DNA of 64,000 nucleotides from the IMG/VR virus record IMGVR_UViG_3300032257_000011; one strand, written 5' to 3'. Shown here piece by piece: positions 56,211 to 64,000 of this stretch. The stretch's first letter is position 1, and every line of letters begins with the position of its first letter. This stretch comes from a virus. Below the pieces are notes generated by a model. The model searched no databases and was not told where the DNA came from. It saw only the letters and a program-made list of their open reading frames with translations. The translations under genes and the position numbers were made by a program.

Positions 56211-56489
56211 ATGGGATATTATATCGAGACAGGCACATCGCACAATAAGGCAGCGCACATTATAGAGAATCACAATGGAGTCTCTATCACTGAATCGCAA
56301 GCAAAAGAATTGATGGTTTCAGGAAAAAAAGATGTTATTGTCGTTGTTCATAATATGATGTTTGAGGCCGCAGCGTTTGCTTTTGATATGGGCGAGTTTG
56401 AAGCCTTTACTAGTCCGGATGATGGGCGACCAAGACGATTTATCTCTCTTGAAAAGGGGTTAGGCGCAAAACTCTCTGGCTACAATTGA
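56211..56489 (+). CDS. hypothetical small protein
   Basis: ORF track. Confidence 0.45.
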   Translation: MGYYIETGTSHNKAAHIIENHNGVSITESQAKELMVSGKKDVIVVVHNMMFEAAAFAFDMGEFEAFTSPDDGRPRRFISLEKGLGAKLSGYN

Positions 56490-56521
56490 TTCACATGCGG
56501 TAAAGTCTTTACACTGAATGG
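56488..56521 (+). promoter_or_regulatory. GATTCACATGCGGTAAAG + TTACACTGAATGG leader
   Basis: read directly. Confidence 0.6.
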
Positions 56522-56543
56522 TAACAAGAGAGGCATTACAAGC

Positions 56544-56789
56544 ATGAGCAAGCCACGCAAGATTAGAATCATCAGAGAGTACGACGACCACGACCCGATT
56601 GTCTTAGGCACAATCATCGGAGGAAGTTGCTACACTAAAAAGGTAGCCATTCGGTTAGTCAATGATGCTTGGGATGAATTCCAGGCAACAGAACCAAACA
56701 GCGATACAGACTTTATCAAGTATATGACAGACAAGCCAAATTGGAGTCTGTTTGAAGAAGATGACTCGATTGACTTGGTAGTGGGATAA
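56544..56789 (+). CDS. hypothetical small protein
   Basis: ORF track. Confidence 0.45.
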   Translation: MSKPRKIRIIREYDDHDPIVLGTIIGGSCYTKKVAIRLVNDAWDEFQATEPNSDTDFIKYMTDKPNWSLFEEDDSIDLVVG

Positions 56790-56802
56790 CAAAAGGAACC
56801 AC

Positions 56803-57216
56803 ATGGAACACACAGAACTTATTGAAGCGTTACGAAACCCAGACCATCCGAACTATCGAGAGATAGCAGAGGAAGCCGCAGACATTTTGGAAAAGATGAA
56901 TGAAAAGCCACGAATTGATGTGGTATTGAATGAAGTCCTTGACCCAGCAGATGCGCCAGTCCCATCTTCTATTGAGGCTCATGCAGTCTTGGAAAAAGAT
57001 GGACTTGGAATCTCGATTGGTATCAAGGGTTATGGTCTTTGCGATATGGCAGATGGAGCAGGCGACCCAATCATCGTTGAATTCCATGACGGCAAACCAA
57101 GACTTGTTGTTTGGGCAGATATTGATGATGAGAATCCAACCCATATTATTGGATTGGAAGATGCCCTTGAATCAGCACGAACTCCAGATTCATTCCCGTT
57201 TGTTTCCTCCCCATAA
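56803..57216 (+). CDS. hypothetical acidic protein
   Basis: ORF track. Confidence 0.5.
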   Translation: MEHTELIEALRNPDHPNYREIAEEAADILEKMNEKPRIDVVLNEVLDPADAPVPSSIEAHAVLEKDGLGISIGIKGYGLCDMADGAGDPIIVEFHDGKPRLVVWADIDDENPTHIIGLEDALESARTPDSFPFVSSP

Positions 57217-57280
57217 GGGGAAAGACTGCAAGTAGATCGGTGCATATTCTTTTCGCGGAAAAATATTCACATGCGGTAAG
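57208..57280 (+). promoter_or_regulatory. full cassette: CCTCCCCATAAGGGGAAAG hairpin / AGATCGGTGCA / TTTTCGCGGAAAAA / TATTCACATGCGGTAAG
   Basis: read directly. Confidence 0.65.
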
Positions 57281-57318
57281 ACTCCAGAATCAGAACATAA
57301 CAAAGAAAGGTACTCACC

Positions 57319-57747
57319 ATGAACATGAACCCAGTCAGTATTATCCAGCAAGTCGCAGGCCATCCAGTCGGAGTTCCTCCTCAACTTCTATCTCCTCCAG
57401 AGATTGATTCAATGGATCTGAAAGCGGCTCCGCCTCAAACAGACTCTCTTCCAGAAGAGCATGAGGATGCAGTAACCCTCCCAAGCGGTTCCGATAGTTA
57501 TCCAGGCACTATCGTTGCAAGACCGAATGATAAAACAATCGTTGTTCGTAAGGATACCGCAACTCAGACAAGCGGCGACCCTCATACTGAGACTCAGACT
57601 TATGACTACTTCCCCAATCTCAATGAACCTGAACGAATCTTTACCCTTCGCAAGAATGACCGTTGGGTATTGAAGGGAGAGAAGTTGGATAGCCATATCG
57701 TTGCCCACCTTGGATACCGACGAGCATATCGAGACCCAAGTTTCTAA
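57319..57747 (+). CDS. paralog X2 of the 52412 gene
   Basis: TIVARPNDKTIVVRKD…RWVLKG…YRDPSF. Confidence 0.5.
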   Translation: MNMNPVSIIQQVAGHPVGVPPQLLSPPEIDSMDLKAAPPQTDSLPEEHEDAVTLPSGSDSYPGTIVARPNDKTIVVRKDTATQTSGDPHTETQTYDYFPNLNEPERIFTLRKNDRWVLKGEKLDSHIVAHLGYRRAYRDPSF

Positions 57748-57764
57748 ACAAGTCCTTTCACCAT

Positions 57765-57831
57765 GCCCCGCAAGGGGTTTTTTCTTACCCTTACACTGAT
57801 TCACATGCGGTAAAGTCCTATCACTGAATGG
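57765..57831 (+). promoter_or_regulatory. terminator GCCCCGCAAGGGG+T7 / CTTACACTGATTCACATGCGGTAAAG / TATCACTGAATGG
   Basis: read directly. Confidence 0.65.
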
Positions 57832-57850
57832 TAACAGAAAGGCAATAACC

Positions 57851-58516
57851 ATGCAGACCCCATTCAAAGCAGAGCAGTTTACTCCCACCCAATTCAGTTC
57901 AGCCGCTAACAAGGCAGAGTTCGGAAACGACCTTATCAGTTTCATGCTCAAAGGTTTTCGTTACGCAGACTTTAGCGATATGCTCTATACAAAGTTGAGC
58001 AGTTGTTTCGGACACATTGCTCACTACAGTCGCAGAGGATTCTACGATACTTGGTTCAGCGATGCAGAGCAGATTCAGAGTTGGATAGAGCGGACTACAG
58101 AATCTCATCCAGTAGGTTCGCCAGAGCATACCTTCTCGGATGTGGAACGGTGTATCCAGTCATGGTTCGCATTGAATATGACTGAGATTCAATCTGTTAT
58201 CTTTGACCGCAACGAAAAAGAGAACGCAACAGCAGAGCAAGCAGGCGAAGAAGTTGAATTTATCATTGTGGCTATCAGTTCAAATACTGGAAGTTTCGGG
58301 CACAAGAATCATATCGTACTCGGGCGCAACGGCGTAGGATTTCATGGCGCACGCCAGCCAAAGGCTCATGGCAGCAATAGAGACTTGGTAAAGAATGAGA
58401 TTCATAGTTGGAAGGTAGATGCCAACGGTATGCCAACGAATTGCGACTTGTTTGAAACCAAGACCCCAATGCCGGAGCCAGCCCCGCAAGCAGTCATCGA
58501 CGAAGTATTCGGTTGA
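57851..58516 (+). CDS. hypothetical protein
   Basis: ORF track. Confidence 0.55.
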   Translation: MQTPFKAEQFTPTQFSSAANKAEFGNDLISFMLKGFRYADFSDMLYTKLSSCFGHIAHYSRRGFYDTWFSDAEQIQSWIERTTESHPVGSPEHTFSDVERCIQSWFALNMTEIQSVIFDRNEKENATAEQAGEEVEFIIVAISSNTGSFGHKNHIVLGRNGVGFHGARQPKAHGSNRDLVKNEIHSWKVDANGMPTNCDLFETKTPMPEPAPQAVIDEVFG

Positions 58517-58674
58517 TTCACATGCGGTTCGGTTGAGGTATCGAGTATTGTAAGACAGAGAAAAAAGAACATTGTCAAGAACATAAGGAGAATTATCATG
58601 CGACTCTGAACTAACTTGATTGACGACCACGAGCCATCGTCCCGAACGCATAATCCCTAGGCTCAATATGGAAT

Positions 58675-58734
58675 GCCCCAAAAGGGGCTATTTTTACAGA
58701 TAGATCGGTGCAAAGAAGATTCACATGCGGTAAA
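58675..58734 (+). promoter_or_regulatory. terminator GCCCCAAAAGGGGC+T5 / AGATCGGTGCA / GATTCACATGCGGTAAA
   Basis: read directly. Confidence 0.65.
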
Positions 58735-58746
58735 CTCGATGGGTCA

Positions 58747-58983
58747 ATGATTATGAATAACTCGCCTATGAACGCCGTCGCAATATATGCTGTAACTCTC
58801 TCGTCTATGGGATACATGCCCGTACACGGATTGAAGCATGTTGAGGAAAGCAGACCTTGGGAATCCAAGTACGCTGGCAAATTCAGAAGTGGGAGTAGCA
58901 AGTGGGACTCCCGAAGAGCAAGCCCTAAGATGAATTGCACAGGCAATGGATATAAATTAAAGCGCAAAAAGAAAAGCCGCTGA
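58747..58983 (+). CDS. hypothetical small basic protein
   Basis: in-frame ATG after motif. Confidence 0.4.
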   Translation: MIMNNSPMNAVAIYAVTLSSMGYMPVHGLKHVEESRPWESKYAGKFRSGSSKWDSRRASPKMNCTGNGYKLKRKKKSR

Positions 58984-59021
58984 TTCACATGCAGTAAATC
59001 TATAGAGTCATACATTGAAAG
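58982..59021 (+). promoter_or_regulatory. GATTCACATGCAGTAAA…CATACATTGAAAGG leader
   Basis: read directly. Confidence 0.6.
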
Positions 59022-59032
59022 GAAATCAAACC

Positions 59033-59479
59033 ATGACTGAAACATCACTAACTCCAAATCCGTTCGTTGTTCAAATTCTTGAGGATTTTCATAATCCCGA
59101 GTTTTTCAAAACAAACCATATCAAGATGATTTTGGGCCAATGGGCCTACGATGCAAATAAGGTTGTTCATTGTTGCGAAATCACAGGCAGTTACGAACTC
59201 AACTTCATTCGCTATGAAGTCGTCTATGAAGATGATTTTGAGGCATCCGATGAGCATAAAGAGCGCGTCGATGATGAGGTACGATTGGCATCCGAGCCGT
59301 TTCAATACATTCATTGTTCAAGTATTGACAAGGTTACACTGGTTGACTCCAAATCCTTTACACTGAGCGATAAACCCTGGCGCATGGAATGGATGAGTGT
59401 TGAGGAAGTTGAGGCCTTGGATCCAGATGAGGATCATATTGAAGGCGCTGTAGAATATTTCCAAGCCAATCATTTCTGA
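59033..59479 (+). CDS. hypothetical protein
   Basis: ATG after conserved leader. Confidence 0.5.
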   Translation: MTETSLTPNPFVVQILEDFHNPEFFKTNHIKMILGQWAYDANKVVHCCEITGSYELNFIRYEVVYEDDFEASDEHKERVDDEVRLASEPFQYIHCSSIDKVTLVDSKSFTLSDKPWRMEWMSVEEVEALDPDEDHIEGAVEYFQANHF

Positions 59480-59495
59480 TTCACATGCAGTAAAG
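59478..59495 (+). promoter_or_regulatory. GATTCACATGCAGTAAAG motif
   Basis: TGA stop embedded. Confidence 0.55.
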
Positions 59496-59528
59496 TTATA
59501 CCATTGAGTATTGAAAGGAAACAATACC

Positions 59529-59945
59529 ATGAAAACTACAGGCTTTGAAGGATTCTTACTCGGATACATGACGGCGGCTTTATGGTCGTCAACTTATGAC
59601 CCGACCGGAGGAAATGAGGGGGATAATGAGTATCCCATCGACTCAGACTTTGGAATTGATGATATAGATGCGGATTTGACTGAGCGAATGATTGAAGATT
59701 GCAAGGTGTTTTGGCGGCGGAATGGTTGCTTTGTAGATGCCCGTTCAGAACATCACAATCGAGGAGAATATACGATTGAGCAACAGGCAGGACATGATTT
59801 TTGGCTTACCAGAAATGGTCATGGGGTTGGATTCTGGGACCGTTCGGAACTCTGGGGGCCATATACTGAAAAGTTTGAAAAAGATGCTGAGTGGTTCGGA
59901 ACCCACGATATAACGGTTACAAAAAACAAGGTCACAGACATATAA
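59529..59945 (+). CDS. hypothetical protein
   Basis: ATG after CATTGAGTATTGAAAGGAAACAATACC leader. Confidence 0.5.
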   Translation: MKTTGFEGFLLGYMTAALWSSTYDPTGGNEGDNEYPIDSDFGIDDIDADLTERMIEDCKVFWRRNGCFVDARSEHHNRGEYTIEQQAGHDFWLTRNGHGVGFWDRSELWGPYTEKFEKDAEWFGTHDITVTKNKVTDI

Positions 59946-59955
59946 GACACTCTCT

Positions 59956-60040
59956 CTCCCCGCTCGTTATGGGGGATTATTATACAATAAGATCGGTGCT
60001 AGGATTCTTTTCGCGGAAGAAAGATTCACATGCCGTAAAG
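59956..60040 (+). promoter_or_regulatory. cassette: CCCCGCTCGTTATGGGGG hairpin / AGATCGGTGCT / TTTTCGCGGAAGAAA / GATTCACATGCCGTAAAG
   Basis: read directly. Confidence 0.6.
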
Positions 60041-60067
60041 AAAAAGCATCATTGAATAACAAGGAGA
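60024..60067 (+). repeat. 44-bp promoter-leader block, copy 1 (identical to 60352-60395)
   Basis: ATTCACATGCCGTAAAGAAAAAGCATCATTGAATAACAAGGAGA. Confidence 0.8.
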
Positions 60068-60074
60068 CAAGACC

Positions 60075-60302
60075 ATGATGAATAATAAAGGATATGTTTG
60101 CTCTTTTTGCGGAGCAGCAGCAACCGAAGAAGAAACAAGAGAGCAAGAATGGATACCATATGCCTGGTCTGAAAAATGCCAAGCCGAAATTGGCCCTATT
60201 TGCGGTAAAGACTCGCATAAAACTAAAGAGAATAAGGATATTGGTGAACCCGAAGTGATAGCCGAGTTTGACTCCGAAGATCTTGCAAATAAACAGCAAT
60301 AA
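60075..60302 (+). CDS. hypothetical small protein (CxxC…C…C)
   Basis: ORF track. Confidence 0.45.
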   Translation: MMNNKGYVCSFCGAAATEEETREQEWIPYAWSEKCQAEIGPICGKDSHKTKENKDIGEPEVIAEFDSEDLANKQQ

Positions 60303-60310
60303 AAAACCAT

Positions 60311-60368
60311 ATCCCCAGCAATGGGGATTTTTTATTTCTCCGCGGAAAGATATTCACATGCCGTAAAG
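60311..60368 (+). promoter_or_regulatory. terminator ATCCCCAGCAATGGGGAT+T6 / TTCTCCGCGGAAAGA / TATTCACATGCCGTAAAG
   Basis: read directly. Confidence 0.65.
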
Positions 60369-60395
60369 AAAAAGCATCATTGAATAACAAGGAGA
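60352..60395 (+). repeat. 44-bp promoter-leader block, copy 2
   Basis: identical to 60024-60067. Confidence 0.8.
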
Positions 60396-60399
60396 ACAA

Positions 60400-60642
60400 A
60401 TGTTAGATTTCAATTACTGTATAGTCTCATCTGATACCTCAAGAGTCTTGTTCAATGCAAAGACCCTTGAACGAGTATGCGTATGGGATAACGACCGCCA
60501 CCAATCGGAGCCCTGGGATTTTGCTGATAAAACAGCACGATTTACCCTTGACCAAGAATCAATGGAAAAAGAATTCGGAGAAGATTTTGGTTGGGCAGAT
60601 ATGATTCATGTAGCATTCAGAAACACAAAAGACTGGGAATGA
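60400..60642 (+). CDS. hypothetical small protein
   Basis: ORF track. Confidence 0.45.
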   Translation: MLDFNYCIVSSDTSRVLFNAKTLERVCVWDNDRHQSEPWDFADKTARFTLDQESMEKEFGEDFGWADMIHVAFRNTKDWE

Positions 60643-60649
60643 AATCAAT

Positions 60650-60874
60650 ATGATTACTTACAAATCACAACCGTTCGGATGCTACCTCGTCGAAGAAGTA
60701 GGAAATCCAGATAACAATCGACTTATTCAAACCGATACAGACTTCCCCACGCTGGCGCAGTCATTCGGGGGATATATCCATTGGGATGATATTGAGGGAG
60801 CCATTGACTTCCTCGATAAGAATGAAGGCAAAGAAGCAGAAGACCCAGGCTGGCTCAATGCCGCTACCTGCTGA
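60650..60874 (+). CDS. hypothetical small acidic protein
   Basis: ORF track. Confidence 0.45.
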   Translation: MITYKSQPFGCYLVEEVGNPDNNRLIQTDTDFPTLAQSFGGYIHWDDIEGAIDFLDKNEGKEAEDPGWLNAATC

Positions 60875-60891
60875 TTCACATGCAGTAAAAC
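60874..60891 (+). promoter_or_regulatory. GATTCACATGCAGTAAAA motif
   Basis: TGA stop embedded. Confidence 0.55.
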
Positions 60892-60922
60892 TCCATCATC
60901 AGTAGATAACAAGGAGACCACG

Positions 60923-61264
60923 ATGAACAATACACGAATCAGTTTCAACGGTTGGCTTATTATGATGACCGAAGACCGAGAGGAAGATAATGTAAAAATC
61001 TTCCACGAAGCGTACCCTCCAGGCACTTGGGACCCAGGTTCCCCATGTCAAGGTAAACTAAACTTTGCCAATTCCAAGTCAATCGACATTAGCCCATATT
61101 CTTCCAGTATTGAAGATTGTTGCGCTGTTATCGAACTCGGATTCCCAACTCGCGAGGATGCTCTAAGCATCGGCCCCCTAAGCCATGCGGAAATTGAAAA
61201 ACTTTGGATTGAAAAATTCAAGAACCCACTGCCAGAAAAGTTTGCGTTCTCGATTCTTTACTAA
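60923..61264 (+). CDS. hypothetical protein
   Basis: ACAAGGAGACCACG leader. Confidence 0.5.
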   Translation: MNNTRISFNGWLIMMTEDREEDNVKIFHEAYPPGTWDPGSPCQGKLNFANSKSIDISPYSSSIEDCCAVIELGFPTREDALSIGPLSHAEIEKLWIEKFKNPLPEKFAFSILY

Positions 61265-61321
61265 ATAAAATTTGGCCATAAAGAAAAACCACCCTTACTC
61301 AACGAGTTTTCTAAAGCCAAA

Positions 61322-61383
61322 GCCCTCGAAAGAGGGATAGTCCACAAGAAGATCGGTGCTATGTCATTCACATGCTGTAAAGA
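61322..61383 (+). promoter_or_regulatory. GCCCTCGAAAGAGGGAT hairpin / AGATCGGTGCT / CATTCACATGCTGTAAAG
   Basis: read directly. Confidence 0.6.
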
Positions 61384-61418
61384 ATCCGAGCCAATCAGTA
61401 TAACAAGGAGACAGACCC

Positions 61419-61772
61419 ATGACCCCCACGAATGTACTACAGCAACAGCCCGGAACAATCTTCAAGACAAACCTTTGCGTATGTCGATTGACTCCCGCTC
61501 AAATCACGCTCCAAGAGCAACTCATCTTTAAAATCATCCGCCCATATCCGGCATACATGAAAAACGATGAATTCAAAAACAATACAGACACTCAAGATTC
61601 TCTCATCTCTCATGTTCTCAATAAGGTCAATGAGTATGCTGAGTTCTTAATCTGTCTTGGGAAAGAACAACCGTATTGCGCTCAATTGTTGCTTGAAAAT
61701 ACAATCATGGTACTCGAAAAAGAGTACGAAGCGCCTCAGTATACTTTGGATAAGCTCCAAGAATCTGTATGA
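61419..61772 (+). CDS. hypothetical protein
   Basis: ORF track. Confidence 0.5.
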   Translation: MTPTNVLQQQPGTIFKTNLCVCRLTPAQITLQEQLIFKIIRPYPAYMKNDEFKNNTDTQDSLISHVLNKVNEYAEFLICLGKEQPYCAQLLLENTIMVLEKEYEAPQYTLDKLQESV

Positions 61773-61787
61773 TTCACATGCAGTAAA
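61771..61787 (+). promoter_or_regulatory. GATTCACATGCAGTAAA motif
   Basis: TGA stop embedded. Confidence 0.55.
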
Positions 61788-61824
61788 CTTCTGTAGTCAT
61801 TGAGTAACAAAAGGAGACAAAACA

Positions 61825-62058
61825 ATGACATGCGAATGCACATGCAACCGACCAAAACGACAAGTCTACGGAACTTATACTCTCGCCAACGGATGCGATA
61901 TGAATTGGCTCCAATTCATCGAGTCCGCAGACACTCAAGAGGAAGCCGAAACCCTCGCAATGGAAATCGTACAAGGCCAGCACGCTGGAAACATCAAGAA
62001 GATTTGGATTACAGACAACGAATTCAATCCAAAGTATTCACATGCTGTAAACTCCTGA
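61825..62058 (+). CDS. hypothetical small protein
   Basis: ATG follows AAAAGGAGACAAAACA leader; preferred over overlapping Arg-rich 61800..62174 ORF. Confidence 0.5.
   Translation: MTCECTCNRPKRQVYGTYTLANGCDMNWLQFIESADTQEEAETLAMEIVQGQHAGNIKKIWITDNEFNPKYSHAVNS
62035..62051 (+). promoter_or_regulatory. TATTCACATGCTGTAAA motif overlapping C-terminal codons of the 61825 gene
   Basis: read directly. Confidence 0.55.
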
Positions 62059-62085
62059 GGTCATACACTGAAAGGAAGCAATACC

Positions 62086-62283
62086 ATGAGATTACACGAA
62101 CAGGCCACAGCACAGAGAGAACTGCTCAACACCGTAGAGGAGGATGTAAGAAGCCTCATCGGAAGCCTCGCTAGAAAGATGCAGGCACCGTTTGGGGATG
62201 GCTCCCGCTCGAACCTTGTCAATGGAGAGCAAATCGTATCCGAACTCCATGTCCTGATAAATAAATTGGCAGACCGTCCATAG
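62086..62283 (+). CDS. hypothetical small protein
   Basis: CATACACTGAAAGGAAGCAATACC leader. Confidence 0.45.
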   Translation: MRLHEQATAQRELLNTVEEDVRSLIGSLARKMQAPFGDGSRSNLVNGEQIVSELHVLINKLADRP

Positions 62284-62331
62284 CATTCACATGCTGATGT
62301 TCTATACTATCAATGGATGAAAGGGAACCAA

Positions 62332-62724
62332 ATGCCAGAAACAGAAACAATCAAGATTCTCAAATCAGTACAGGGCTGCATTGTTGAATTCGGTCCTCGA
62401 ACCGTATTCGTTCGCAGGAACCCAAATGAACAGGACCAAATGGCGACGATTCGCCTCATGACCACGAAAGGCCGAGAAACCAACGCCAGCCCATTGATTG
62501 AAGAAGATATGTCGCCGCTCGCATATCCATCCGAAGAATGTTATATAGATAGAGAGCCTTTGGGGATTGCAGGATTCGGAACCATCATTTTCTACTATGT
62601 CATGTTTGGGCTTCATTGTCCTGAGTTGGAAGATATGCCAGAGAATGTTAAATTGGAGGCCGAAGAATTCGCCTTCCGATTGCATCAAATGATTAAAAAT
62701 GGATTCGCTGACGGGGATTCATAA
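62332..62724 (+). CDS. hypothetical protein
   Basis: leader …GAAAGGGAACCAA then ATG. Confidence 0.5.
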   Translation: MPETETIKILKSVQGCIVEFGPRTVFVRRNPNEQDQMATIRLMTTKGRETNASPLIEEDMSPLAYPSEECYIDREPLGIAGFGTIIFYYVMFGLHCPELEDMPENVKLEAEEFAFRLHQMIKNGFADGDS

Positions 62725-62818
62725 CAAAAGAGTCCTACTCTACTCAATCTCCATCGGGATACCTTAATTGAGAGGTATAACCCGTCTACGGAGGGGGTAG
62801 GGCGCATTAACGACAGAA

Positions 62819-62873
62819 AGATCAGTGCATAGATTATTTCCGCGGAAAAGAAATCTATTCACATGCAGTAAAC
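62819..62873 (+). promoter_or_regulatory. AGATCAGTGCA (variant) / TTTCCGCGGAAAAG / TATTCACATGCAGTAAA
   Basis: read directly. Confidence 0.6.
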
Positions 62874-62906
62874 TGCCAGCGCCATACACTGAAAGGACAA
62901 CTAACG

Positions 62907-63113
62907 ATGACTCTATATGACAAACTCAAAGAAGCAGGCTGCCAAATGGATAACCACGAATCGGATCTCTATGTCGAGAGTACCGAAGTATCCCAAGCAA
63001 TCATCAAAGAATTCGGAATGAAAGGAAAACCATTTATCAGCCGAATTGATCAGGCTGTCTGGTTAGATATTCCGTTTCAGTTCCAACCATATTGGGACAG
63101 AAAACGAAAATAA
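62907..63113 (+). CDS. hypothetical small protein
   Basis: CATACACTGAAAGGACAACTAACG leader. Confidence 0.45.
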   Translation: MTLYDKLKEAGCQMDNHESDLYVESTEVSQAIIKEFGMKGKPFISRIDQAVWLDIPFQFQPYWDRKRK

Positions 63114-63115
63114 CA

Positions 63116-63132
63116 ATTCACATGCAGTAAAC
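63116..63132 (+). promoter_or_regulatory. AATTCACATGCAGTAAA motif
   Basis: read directly. Confidence 0.55.
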
Positions 63133-63178
63133 TTGCAGCGGCATACATTGTAAGAAACAAACCTTGAAAGGGAATACA

Positions 63179-63529
63179 ATGCCAAAGACACGAACCCCAC
63201 AACCACACCATGCCGAAGCAACCGCCGAGAAACTCCAGGCACTTTGCGATTGGCTACACCGAACCGCTAAGGCTCATTATGATGTTCATCTGACCAACCT
63301 CACGGCCCCAACCTTCCGGTTTACGGATGGGCCAAAGAATATTAAGATTCTTGTTCAAGAAAACGGAAAAGACCGAAGCGTATGGGGATTCGTTGAACGC
63401 TCATCAGGCTGCATCATGCGAGCAGCCGGATACAAAGCCCCAGACCCAGCACGACACGAACGGGGAAACATTCACCTCCCCGATGGATGGTCAAGCGAAA
63501 TCAACTACATCGGCCCAAATTACCGATAA
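63179..63529 (+). CDS. hypothetical protein
   Basis: leader CATACATTGTAAGAAACAAACCTTGAAAGGGAATACA then ATG. Confidence 0.5.
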   Translation: MPKTRTPQPHHAEATAEKLQALCDWLHRTAKAHYDVHLTNLTAPTFRFTDGPKNIKILVQENGKDRSVWGFVERSSGCIMRAAGYKAPDPARHERGNIHLPDGWSSEINYIGPNYR

Positions 63530-63533
63530 CAAA

Positions 63534-63613
63534 TCCCCGAAAGGGGCAAATGACCAAGTAGATCGGTGCAACGCACAAAGTCCACCCAAAAATAACTTAT
63601 TCACATGCCGTTG
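63534..63613 (+). promoter_or_regulatory. ATCCCCGAAAGGGGCA hairpin / AGATCGGTGCA / TATTCACATGCCGTTG
   Basis: read directly. Confidence 0.55.
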
Positions 63614-63649
63614 CCGCCTGCTGTCGAGGGATGAAAGGAAACCAAAACC

Positions 63650-63865
63650 ATGAAAAATCCAGAGCAACCACACGACGACTTCGAGACCCAAATCCAGTGC
63701 GAGGAATTTTATGAGGACTTGGATGCTCTCGACGAGGACTATCCTTATGAGGATGACGAGGGCGACCAGTTTATGCACGATGGCGAGGCCGATGCCGATG
63801 CCCTTGCCTCCGCCGGTTGGGGAACTGACGAGGACTACGGCGGCGACCACGAGGGAGCATGGTAA
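63650..63865 (+). CDS. highly acidic small protein
   Basis: ORF track; Asp/Glu-rich. Confidence 0.45.
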   Translation: MKNPEQPHDDFETQIQCEEFYEDLDALDEDYPYEDDEGDQFMHDGEADADALASAGWGTDEDYGGDHEGAW

Positions 63866-63873
63866 ACAATGAC

Positions 63874-63946
63874 CCCCAAAAGGGGGAACCAGCCCAATAG
63901 ATCGGTGCTACTCGTAGCCTCTACCCACTTTCACATGCTGTTTATA
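63874..63946 (+). promoter_or_regulatory. CCCCCAAAAGGGGG hairpin / AGATCGGTGCT / CTTTCACATGCTGTTTAT
   Basis: read directly. Confidence 0.55.
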
Positions 63947-64000
63947 TTACCTATCGAGGAGAGTAAGAAACACCAAACCTTGAAAGGGTAAAACACGATG

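Noticed and set aside
61800-62174. 124-aa Arg-rich ORF overlapping the 61825..62058 and 62086..62283 genes in another frame
   Set aside because: It runs across two complete cassettes including their promoter motifs. It has a low-complexity basic composition and no SD. It is treated as spurious.
40640-63960. TTCACA of the motif as a -35 hexamer with a -10 17 bp later
   Set aside because: The hexamer 17 bp downstream (RTCATW/GYCATA) is a poor TATAAT match, so an ordinary sigma70 reading is not supported. The motif is left as an unknown-factor promoter/leader.

Overview
The window looks like part of a large, virulent, tRNA-rich bacteriophage genome (about 42% GC). More than 120 small ORFs tile the + strand; the only convincing minus-strand gene is a Fic-fold protein. 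I call 13 tRNAs, three of them Leu, plus two tRNA-like elements that carry large helical insertions, all inside a 10-kb 'RNA island' (29.7-39.4 kb). The island also holds a Ter-like stress module (vWA/TerY, TerD, TerB and a CaCA-type cation exchanger) and about 950 nt of promoter-driven non-coding sequence; the latter is a candidate large structured ncRNA. Other recognisable genes are an SPFH/flotillin protein, an HNH endonuclease, a DnaB-like helicase, a metallophosphatase, a J-domain protein, a SAM methyltransferase, a SWIM zinc-finger protein, two HTH/winged-helix regulators, MORN-like repeat proteins and a five-gene tandem paralogous family. The left arm (0-19 kb) is polycistronic with overlapping stop/start codons. 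From about 40 kb rightwards almost every gene is its own cassette. Each cassette has a CCCC-N4-GGGG terminator hairpin, then AGATCGGTGCW, then an optional TTCCGCGGAA palindrome, then tGATTCACATGCRGTAAA with the upstream gene's TGA stop inside it, then a CAYTGAAwGG leader, a Shine-Dalgarno (SD) sequence and ATG. An array of TTACACTG repeats and a triple AGATCGGTGCA array flank the inverted Fic gene next to the helicase. All calls rest on the ORF track, visible motifs and hand folding only; no searches were run.
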